From Veleropilina oligotropha (lineage: Eukaryota), in the NCBI GenBank assembly GCA_048128005.1, contig JBEUKZ010000066.1, forward strand, positions 124,001 to 188,000: a stretch of DNA of 64,000 nucleotides, written 5' to 3'. Below are positions 38,808-47,423 of the stretch, piece by piece. The notes beneath the pieces are model-generated. The model was not told where the DNA came from and did no database searches. It saw nothing but the letters and a program-made list of their open reading frames with translations. How positions within the stretch are numbered: position 1 is the first letter of the stretch; each line of letters begins with the position of its first letter. Both the position numbers and the translations under genes were made by a program.

Positions 38808-40782
38808 ATGGCTAAGAGCGCCTTTGCGTTTAATAGGAGTGCGGCCTATCCGAGCGGTGTGGTGTACCCAGCACAGATCAAAGATGAGCAGCTTACGAGA
38901 CCAAGCATCAATGTGGGTAATAGCTCAACCACTGCATTCGGGGCAGACTATCCCGACGTATTTCAAAAGTATCGCCTCCCACATGTCGCGAGTGATCGGG
39001 TAATACGGGCTTGGCAGACCACGCCGATGCAGTTCTGGCAGAACAAGGTCAATTTCGCAGTCTGGTGTGCTACAACAGGTTCCGGGATCTCCTCAGAAGA
39101 CCACTTGAATGCGACCGACCCCCTCTCCACTGCTGTATTCACCTTCCACGTATACTATCAGGTCAGAAGGATCTTGACCGAGATTCAGGCCCCGCTGCCT
39201 CAAGACGTGACGTGGGATGCATTCGACACCCCGTATGACCGAAGGGCATATGAAAAGATCTGCAGCGAATTCGGAGTGTCCCCACATACCGACTGGCGTG
39301 TCAAGGGTCCCAACGGCGGACTAGGCACCGCTTACAGCTACTGGACGAACAACGGCTACCACCCCATCGGACGTGAGTATGATCCAAGCCGAATGTCCTT
39401 CACCAAAGGTACGACCAACACGAATCTGCACGTGGACTACATCGCGCAAGCGCCTGCGCTTTCAAACGGCTGGGCTTCCTTTATTCTGGACAAGTCGGCG
39501 GGATTCACGAGGGCCGGCGTGGAGAGGCTCAATGACTCCATCAGGACCTACGTCTGGGCGATTCTTGGAGCGCAGGCGCAGACACGTGCAAGTATTCTGG
39601 GGAGTGGGACGGCATTTGACGCACAGAAACAGTTTCTGGCCGACGTCGAAGACGCCATCGCATCGCCAGTGGACCTCCCATCAGCCATCAAACGGTACCA
39701 GGACGTTTTGCAGTATGCAGGCATGCGATGTAATATTTTTTATGGTAACCTACTGTAGGTCTCGCAAAATTGATCATGGTAACCTACCAGTAGGTTACGC
39801 AATTTTCAAAGTAGGTAACCCAGGGTTACCTATGGCAACCTACCAATAATAAATTTAAAAATTTCATTCATATTTGTCTTTGCATTCATTAGCTGTTGTT
39901 CAGTAATGAATAATACATATTAAAATACATATTTTTCATTTAAAAAAAAAACAATTATTATATTTATGAATGTTGGAAAAAACTCATTTTTTAAATAAAT
40001 TTATACTAAAAATATGAATTTTATTTTGTTACATTAATTATCACTAGTTAGTATACAAATTGGGTGCTCCCATGAAAAGAGGAAAATAATAAATGAATAA
40101 AATTAATGGCGGTTGAAGCACACGAGGTATCGATGACGTTAGAGATTTCGCAGACGCATTTGCTCTAGTGAAGTTACTGAACTGGACTAAAGGTACAAAC
40201 TTTTCATTAATAAAGTGACATTGTTGACTTAGAGAAATATGAATAATAGTTAAAATGAAAGTTATACAGTCATCTGAAATGTGTCTTGTGCATTTTTTAG
40301 GCGAACGAACTATGTTTATTATGGTAACCTACTACAGGTCGCCTAAAATCAGTTTTGCGTAACCTCCCCGCGAACGCGTTCAGCCGTTCGCCATAACATC
40401 GCACGCTTGGTATGCCAGGTCCAAGGTCGACTTCGTATTCGGCGTCGGCCTGTACATGGCGCCAAGTAACATGCTTCTACGGATCGGGCAGGTGGCTGGT
40501 TATAACAACGAGATCGTCGTCGCCACGGAAGACCAGACCCTAGGTCTTAATATGACGGTGAACGCGGCCAGTGTGCCGCCCAACGCCGCTGGGGAGACTG
40601 GAGAAACAGGATTGGTTATTCCACAAGACGCAGATGCAAGCATACCGGTAGTCACTCTGAAGCATCCAAACGCTGAGCTGGCTGTAGCTGTTCCAGCGGT
40701 AGCTGTGGCACATGACGAGGAGAAAACCGCACTTATCGTGGGCGGCATTGTCGTTGGCCTAGCGTTCATCTGGCTTACGTGA
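38808..40782 (+). pseudogene. Hypothetical viral protein (~425 aa, C-terminal TM helix) split by a MITE
   Basis: Removing 39718-40414 restores one frame: ...DVLQYARSKVDFVFGVGLYMAPSNMLL...TALIVGGIVVGLAFIWLT. Confidence 0.8.
39718..40409. mobile_element. 692-bp AT-rich MITE with 5-bp TSD GTATG inserted in a viral gene
   Basis: GTATG|CAGGCATGCGATGTAAT...ATAACATCGCACGCTTG|GTATG; ggtaaccta subterminal repeats. Confidence 0.88.
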
Positions 40783-42054
40783 CCCACTGTCTAGCGGCAA
40801 TAAGAAGCAAGCCCCCAACAGATATAATCACAGCCCACAGATTCTCGGCCAACCAGATTGATTAGCCAGGAAATCAGGCTTCCAAGTATTCCGGGGAGCG
40901 CGGCTGCGGCCTTCCCCGCTAGTTTGCCTAGAATCCGTCCCAGGTTCTGCAGCTGCTTTTTGACCCACTCCTTGACCCCCCCCCCTGACCACTGGGAGGT
41001 GGTGGTGTTGGTGCGATGCTCGGCGCTCCGCCTGTCAGGGCTAGTACCAAAGTCGAGATGGTCAACCCAATAGCGGTCAGTATGGTTGCGATCGTAACCC
41101 CTTGCTCTCGGAAGAGGGTCCGAATACGCTCGGCCAGCGTTGTGTCAGAGTGGAGAATCCGATCTAGCATCTCTCGGATCTGGCTGATTTGAGAGCGTAG
41201 GGCCTCCCGGCTGGATCCGGCTGCCTCGAGGCGAGCTGCTCGTTCATCGTTTAAGTTGCGCAGACGTTCCGCAATCCGTCGACGTACAAAATCTTCCACA
41301 CCGCCCTCTTCATCTGCCTGATCGAGCTTGCTCTTCTCCAGCTCTATGTGTTCATCCAGCGCCGTTAGTTTGGCTAAGTTGTTAGTGAGCTCGCCTCGAA
41401 TGGTCTGCATCGCCTTGTCCAGCCCACGAAGCTCACGAAGATTGAATGGAGGGGGGTCCCCCTCCACCGAGTTCAAGAACTCTTCAACTTCAGCGTCGGT
41501 GAACTCCGTCTCCATGTTGTGGATCGCTGCTGAGGCCGTTGTCGCGGTCTGCCCCAAGTCCTGCAGTTCTACGTTTTCGACATTGGCCGCCGCACCGCTC
41601 AACTCATTGTTGGCTGTCTGCAGAGCTGCAACTGCTTTTGAGGACAGCTTTTGTCCCCCTTTCCCCCGCTCTCTGGCCGCGTCCAGTGTTCAAAACCCAA
41701 CCCCTTTCTGATCGCTTTACCCCCACCTCTCCGGTTAGCTAGTGTTGACAAAGCATTGGGTTTTTTCGTTCTAGAATTGATGAGATCGATGTTTGGATAT
41801 TTCTTCAGCCGCAATCCCTCCTCCTCCACGTACTCGAACTGGGAATAATCACGCCACGGGGGCGGGGTCTGCCCCTCCTCCAACAGGGCTTCGTAGTAGC
41901 CATCAACCGCGTCCTTCACTAACTCTTGCCGCTGACTGCTGGTTCCTTCCTGTGGCCGTTCCGAAAGAACAGGCTCAATCCAGTCCGTGGATCCAACCTC
42001 GCCATCATCGTCGACGATGTCGGGCTCGAATGTGGGGTTCTCAAATTCCGCCAT
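40775..42054 (-). pseudogene. Coiled-coil viral membrane protein, broken by frameshifts
   Basis: ATG at 42054 (MAEFENPTFEPD); a shift near 41650 leads into a coiled coil and FREQGVTIATILTAIGLTISTLVLALTGG; further shifts near 40980 and ~40855 lead to WLAENLWAVIISVGGLLLIAARQWVT*. Confidence 0.7.
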
Positions 42055-42105
42055 TTGAATACTCAAGCTGGGATACGCATCTAAATCAGCCATAGCGACA
42101 ACAAC

Positions 42106-43639
42106 ATGGCCAGCACGTATGGACGCACGTTGAATCCATACCGCAGACTTCGAGAGCCTCTTGGGGTGAAAGGGGTCCGCCAGTCGGTCACGATAACGAA
42201 CAACCCATCCACTATTGCTGCGAACCAGCAGCTGTTGGTTCGGTTCCCGAATCTCGGGACTCACGACGTAATCGTGCCAGGGACGGCCCACCTCGCATTT
42301 ACCATTTCTCTAACCTCGGCTAACCCGAACAGAACTGTAGTTCAGAATATCGGACGCGCCGTGATCAAAAAGACCACGATTAAGATTAGTGGGAACGAAG
42401 TCATGTCTATAGATGACTCCGACGTGTACCACTGCTACTGCGATCTCTGGAAGACCGCAGGGGAGCGCAAGAATGCCCAATATCAGGGTATTGATACCAG
42501 CGACAGCCACAACACTACGAAGAACCGTGTCGGCGCTGAGGGCGCATTCAGACGTTCTGAGGACACAGCTATATCGGATGCGTACGGCCCAAGGTTTTGC
42601 ATCCCGCTGGACTTCGAGTTGCTGGAGAGCCACATGCCGTTCTACCAAAGTGCGTTGGGGGACCGTCTTGAGTACGAGCTTACGTTCAACGACTACTCCC
42701 GGACAATCAGGGACACCGGTAGCGCAGTGGGTAGAGTGTCCACTCTAAGTTCACTGGCTTGTTTCCGCTGACGCGAACAGTAGTGGGATCGACCCCCGGC
42801 TGAGGCAGCACACATTTGTTCAAGTTATGAAGCACAGTTGTCCGTGACTGGCCGAAGAGGGCGGGTTTACCCGGGCGACCGGGGTTTCCTCCCGCGATAA
42901 CACGGACATGTCCTGCCTTGAACCTCGATGTTGTAAATATACAGGACATTAAGCATAATTCCTCCTCCTCCTCGACAATATCAGCCTGGAATACGACATG
43001 GTCACTAATCTTGAGCTTGCCAGATCGATAAAAAACCAATACTCGGGCCGCCTCGTGATCCTGTACGATCGTGTCCTGCGGCATCGTAAAATTACGAGAG
43101 ACAAGAGTGACACTTTGTGGAATTTAAATTTGAATGTACCGGCGAAATCCATGAAGGGTATCCTATTTCTGTTCGAGGATCCCGCGAGAGACGCCGTACC
43201 ATTCGCGAGGGACACCGAGGCCTTCTACAATCCGAAGATCACAAAGGTCGAGGTCACTATTGAGGGTGTGCCGAATCAACTGTACAGCCAGGGCATGCGT
43301 TCCTACCAGATGTGGGACGAAGCCAGGAGATTCTTCGCCTCCTCTCCGATCAGCAAACGCCATCCTGAGGTCGCGATGGTTGCCAAGGACTTTGCGCTGG
43401 CGGACGTCACCCTGGGCGAGTTTCTGACGAAAAAGTTCGCACTCTGGATCGACCTGCGCGTAACCGACGACGACGAGCTGCATGGGTCAGGCCGGAAAGT
43501 AGATAACGCCAGCGAGGGCATTACGATTCAGATCACGAAGACAGGCGAAGCCGCCGGCCCGTTGAACGTCTACATGTTCGTGATAATGGACGCGCAGCTG
43601 CATATTGAAAATGGCCGATTTGTCACCGCGCTGTACTAG
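42106..43639 (+). pseudogene. Putative major capsid protein (double jelly-roll type, ~425 aa) interrupted by a SINE
   Basis: N-part to ...ELTFNDYSR and C-part from DNISLEYDMV...FALWIDLR...LHGSGR...GITIQITK. The size, beta-rich pattern and position immediately before the packaging ATPase fit an MCP; the fold is not verified. Confidence 0.7.
42717..42973 (+). mobile_element. tRNA-derived SINE (family A) inserted in the capsid gene
   Basis: tagcgcagtgggtagag A-box, ggatcgacccc B-box, body nearly identical to the copies at 31694 and 59458, (cct)n tail. Confidence 0.92.
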
Positions 43640-44237
43640 TAGACGGTTCCCCCACCCCAAGGACCCCCACTCCGCGATCATCTGCGGCCAGACCGGCTGC
43701 GGGAAGACCTTGTTTATACTTGAACTTCTGGAGGGGGGGTACTTAGGAGTGTTCAAGCACATCGTCATTCTATGCCCAACGATCAAGTTCAATCAGGCAT
43801 ACCAGTCATGCCCATGGATCTGGACCGACCCTGAGGTGTACTTGATCCCCCCCGGTGAGCGGCTCCATGATTGGTTGCGGGGGTTCTACCGACTGTTCCA
43901 GGGGGAGCCGACTCTGTACATCATCGACGACTGCGCCGCCAGCAAGGCCCTAGCCAAGAGGAGGGATATGCTGGCTTTTAGCGGGAGGCACGCCGCTCAG
44001 AGTGTGTGGGTGGTGACGCAGAAGTACAACTCGATCCTGAAGGAGTTTCGGGAGCAGACCCGCTTTGTCCTTTTGTTTCACTGCAAGGACCGCGACAGTT
44101 ATGAAGACTGCCTTCGCGAGAACGATGTCATTCAGTCACAGGATGAACGGACCGCGGTGCGCCGGCTGTTGGCCGAGACCCGACACGCTAAGCTTCTGTT
44201 GAAAACTGATCAGCCCGTTGCTTATAGTGTGCTTTAG
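43611..44237 (+). CDS. A32-like FtsK/HerA DNA packaging ATPase
   Basis: Walker A GQTGCGKT, Walker B LYIIDD, and GRH...SVWVVTQKY (Arg finger and sensor Gln). Confidence 0.88.
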   Translation: MADLSPRCTSRRFPHPKDPHSAIICGQTGCGKTLFILELLEGGYLGVFKHIVILCPTIKFNQAYQSCPWIWTDPEVYLIPPGERLHDWLRGFYRLFQGEPTLYIIDDCAASKALAKRRDMLAFSGRHAAQSVWVVTQKYNSILKEFREQTRFVLLFHCKDRDSYEDCLRENDVIQSQDERTAVRRLLAETRHAKLLLKTDQPVAYSVL

Positions 44238-44421
44238 CAAGCTGTAGTCTACTGAGCATCTGCCCAGCAAGCTCTCGCATGTCGGACGCTGTATAGCTAG
44301 CTTTTGCTTGCAGCCAGAGCCTGGTATTGTTGCTACGTTGTGGTATTGGCATTATCGCTATATTAGACTGGCGAGGAGATGTTGGAAACGCTTAAGGATA
44401 GACAGCCTTATCGATCAACTC

Positions 44422-45033
44422 ATGGACGACGAGGAAGAAACGACCGTGGGCGGCCATGGCTCGACGACCAAACGCTGCTCGCAGCGCGAGGAACCTGTCA
44501 GTGGCTCCATAGGGATGGCAAAGAAACGGGAGAGGCTTGCCGCGTTAGCCATCGGAGGGGATGCCAGCAAATACTTGGGGAGAAACCTCACGGTTGACCG
44601 AATCGACGATATGACTGACGACGAGGTTGAGAAACACCACGCACGGTATGAAGCGAAGCTAGGTGCTGACATGACGAAGACCCTGGGGACTGCCGCTATA
44701 CAGCTGTATGCGGGTGCAGCTGGGATGTTCTTGCCCATTCCGCCGGAGAACCAACCACGTCTGGTCGCTGACCTCGAGGCCGATCCTTTCATCGCCCATG
44801 CTCTCCGCGGTGCAAGCTGTGAGCTGTATTATAAGTATGGCATGTGGCTAGCGCCGCTGACTGCCGTGTTGACCACTGCGAAGCACTGCCAATTTGGACA
44901 TGTTTGCCCGCCTAAAATATCAGAGCGAGAGCGAGATGACAACGCCGGAAGTGGACCAAATGATCGAGAGCCAGCCGATCGAGAGCCAGCCGATAGAGAG
45001 GGTGACTTCTTCGACGGACTCATCAGTGAGTAA
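44422..45033 (+). CDS. Hypothetical viral protein
   Basis: Open frame with GC-rich coding character inside the tight plus-strand gene block; start inferred at the first ATG. Confidence 0.65.
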   Translation: MDDEEETTVGGHGSTTKRCSQREEPVSGSIGMAKKRERLAALAIGGDASKYLGRNLTVDRIDDMTDDEVEKHHARYEAKLGADMTKTLGTAAIQLYAGAAGMFLPIPPENQPRLVADLEADPFIAHALRGASCELYYKYGMWLAPLTAVLTTAKHCQFGHVCPPKISERERDDNAGSGPNDREPADREPADREGDFFDGLISE

Positions 45034-45442
45034 AAAGGACCCTAAGAAGGTCGCAGCAGGTCGGGCCGGTGCTGCTGCTCGGAAAGTCCAGCAGGAGAGG
45101 CTCCTTGCTGACGTTAGAAGACTCAAAGAAGACGCTCGACAAGTATCCGTCAGCGAAGTTCCTTCAGACCTACCGGAGGCACAGCCCCAACAACAAAAAC
45201 ACAGTGGTAATACCCCGGCCGAGGTGACCGCGGTCGAAAAGTCAGCTACACGGAAATCGGACCCAAAATTTAATTGGACCCAGGTAGCCGTTGCTGCCGG
45301 TACGGTTGCATTGGTATTTGTTGTCTGGAGACGCAACAGTGGTCCATCCACACCACATCAACAGCCACCAGTCGCGGACGCCAGGCAGCCCCCAACCACC
45401 ACCGAATTGAAGACTAGGCACAACCCGTTCCATATGCGATAG
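44936..45442 (+). CDS. Hypothetical viral protein with a basic motif and one TM helix
   Basis: KKDPKKVAAGRAGAAARK, and WTQVAVAAGTVALVFVVWRR. Confidence 0.65.
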   Translation: MTTPEVDQMIESQPIESQPIERVTSSTDSSVSKKDPKKVAAGRAGAAARKVQQERLLADVRRLKEDARQVSVSEVPSDLPEAQPQQQKHSGNTPAEVTAVEKSATRKSDPKFNWTQVAVAAGTVALVFVVWRRNSGPSTPHQQPPVADARQPPTTTELKTRHNPFHMR

Positions 45443-45456
45443 TCTCAGTACGAAAC

Positions 45457-45696
45457 ATGACTACCCCGATTACTGATGGAAAGATGCTCGGCAATGCTGT
45501 ATATCACGCAGCTATAGTGTCAGGCCTTGCCATAGGCTACGCACGCCTGGGAAAAATGGCCTTCAAGGGAGCGAGCCCCAAACTTGACTTCACGGGTTAC
45601 GACGTCGGGATGGTCGTCCTCGACGTAGCGCTCGCCATGGCGACGAAGGACATGCTGATCAAGCAAGGCATCATTCCGGCCGACGTTTTGAAGTAG
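45457..45696 (+). CDS. Small hydrophobic viral protein, 79 aa
   Basis: aaacATG start, two hydrophobic segments, tight spacing with neighbours. Confidence 0.65.
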   Translation: MTTPITDGKMLGNAVYHAAIVSGLAIGYARLGKMAFKGASPKLDFTGYDVGMVVLDVALAMATKDMLIKQGIIPADVLK

Positions 45697-45727
45697 TGGG
45701 ACCTTGCTAGATAATCGCAGCATTTCA

Positions 45728-46159
45728 ATGGCTTCCATTGCGATGCTGGTTGGGGGCGCTCTCGTCAACGCCCTCGCCTTCAGCGGCTCCAACTTCCTCT
45801 TCTCGAAGCTACGCAGCTCCGGTGTTGATGCGGAGCGTAAACGTCACGACATAGCCGTAGAGCAGCTCAACGCCGCTCAGACTAAATTGTCCCAAAAGAG
45901 GGCAGAGCGTCTCGACTGGCTGAACGTTGAACTTCGCCGCCAGGGTCACGCTGTTGGGACATTCCGAGATGTTGACGCCGCTATCCGTGAGTATGCATTG
46001 ATCACCGGCAAGAACCTTGACCCCACCGCCATGGGAGGTGGCCCTGAGCCCCAGCTGTCCGACTACTACACGCCGAGCGATGACCAAAAGGGACGTGAGA
46101 TCACCTTCATCATCCTCGGGATGGCTGCGACCGGGTTGGTAGCCTACAAGCTCGCCTAA
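45728..46159 (+). CDS. Viral membrane protein with hydrophobic N- and C-termini
   Basis: MASIAMLVGGALVNALAFSGSNFLFS...ITFIILGMAATGLVAYKLA. Confidence 0.7.
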   Translation: MASIAMLVGGALVNALAFSGSNFLFSKLRSSGVDAERKRHDIAVEQLNAAQTKLSQKRAERLDWLNVELRRQGHAVGTFRDVDAAIREYALITGKNLDPTAMGGGPEPQLSDYYTPSDDQKGREITFIILGMAATGLVAYKLA

Positions 46160-46201
46160 TTATTTCTATAGTGAACATTTTTTTCGTGGGCATGTATAAT
46201 A

Positions 46202-46432
46202 ATGGGGCTCCCAGAAGAGCTGTACTGCGCCATGCTTGCGGTCAGCGGGGTGGGCCTTGGTACTACGTCACTCGACTGCTGGCGCCGCGACGAAAAGACT
46301 ATGGTGCGGTTCGCGGTCCTGGTGCTCTCGGGCGCGACCAACCTACGGGCGACGACTGCGCAGCGACCGGCTCCGGAAGCTGAAGCTTGTTGGAGACTGA
46401 TCAGTTTACTGGAATACATTGCTGATGGATAG
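46202..46432 (+). CDS. Small hypothetical viral protein, 76 aa
   Basis: ATG-started ORF whose stop overlaps the integrase start. Confidence 0.4.
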   Translation: MGLPEELYCAMLAVSGVGLGTTSLDCWRRDEKTMVRFAVLVLSGATNLRATTAQRPAPEAEACWRLISLLEYIADG

Positions 46433-47423
46433 TAAGCTTGCGAGGATATACTACAGCCCTAAGGGCTACTGGAAAGGCATTGCCGCGATAAAGAAACTAG
46501 CTGAGGCTGCCAAGGCGTCTGAAGTGGAGGCCCGGACATGGCTTAAGAGGCAGGCTATATGGCAGATCTATTTACCTGCGCCACGGCGGATTCCAAGACC
46601 ACGGTTTGACGTTACGACGCCGAACGAGGTTCACCAAGCCGATCTCCTGTTTCTCCCCCACGACAAGGTCAGTCGTACAACGTATAAGTACGCTTTGACT
46701 GTGGTTGATGTGGCCAGTCGCTTTAAAGAAGCTGAGCCATTGGCCACAAAAGAGGCCAGAGGGGTTGCAGAAGCTCTATCTCGAATCTACAGGCGGAGTC
46801 CTCTTAGCTGGCCGAAATTGCTTCAGGTTGATCCAGGGCGAGAGTTTATGGGTACGGTCTCCCAGCTGCTGGCAAAGAATAACGTCGAGGTTAGGCGTGG
46901 CCGTGTGGATATCCATCGCGATCAGGGCATTGTGGAGCGCTTCAACCGGACGCTCGCTGAGCGGCTCTTCGGGCACCAGTACGCAACAGAGATGCGGTTT
47001 GCAGAGTCTGCGAAAGAGGGTCAAAGGTCAACTGAGTGGGTCGCCCGGTTACCGGCCGTAGTTGCGGCCGTGAATGGGGAAGTGACCCGCCTCACCGGTA
47101 AAAAGCCAAAGGATGCCATCAAGGCACCTCGCGTTGCCCAAAAGCCAGGCGCCACTGTTCCAGACCGACAGGGGAAGGAACTGAAACTCCCCTCTGATGT
47201 AGATGTTCGTTACCTTTACTACGATGGTGAGCTGGAGGGGGGTCGTCGCCGTGCTACTGACCCGGTGTGGTCTCTAAAAGTTTACAGGCTTGGACGCTCC
47301 GTCACTAAGCCTGACGAGCCTGTGCTCTACTACTTGCTGGATGGACCACCGCGTGGCTTCGTTCGTGAGGAACTGCTCGTGGTGCCTCGTGATACCCAGC
47401 TGCCGCCGGTTCTCAGGCGTTAA
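46425..47423 (+). CDS. Retroviral-like (RVE, DDE) integrase of Polinton type
   Basis: IYYSPKGY N-terminus, HQADLLFL (D1), YALTVVDVASRF, LQVDPGREF (D2), GIVERFNRTL (E); the frame is intact. Confidence 0.93.
   Translation: MDSKLARIYYSPKGYWKGIAAIKKLAEAAKASEVEARTWLKRQAIWQIYLPAPRRIPRPRFDVTTPNEVHQADLLFLPHDKVSRTTYKYALTVVDVASRFKEAEPLATKEARGVAEALSRIYRRSPLSWPKLLQVDPGREFMGTVSQLLAKNNVEVRRGRVDIHRDQGIVERFNRTLAERLFGHQYATEMRFAESAKEGQRSTEWVARLPAVVAAVNGEVTRLTGKKPKDAIKAPRVAQKPGATVPDRQGKELKLPSDVDVRYLYYDGELEGGRRRATDPVWSLKVYRLGRSVTKPDEPVLYYLLDGPPRGFVREELLVVPRDTQLPPVLRR

Noticed and set aside
42717..42805. tRNA-like A and B boxes considered as tRNA genes (also at 2766, 31694 and 59458)
   Set aside because: No cloverleaf is evident, and each is followed by a shared SINE body and simple-repeat tail, two with clear TSDs.
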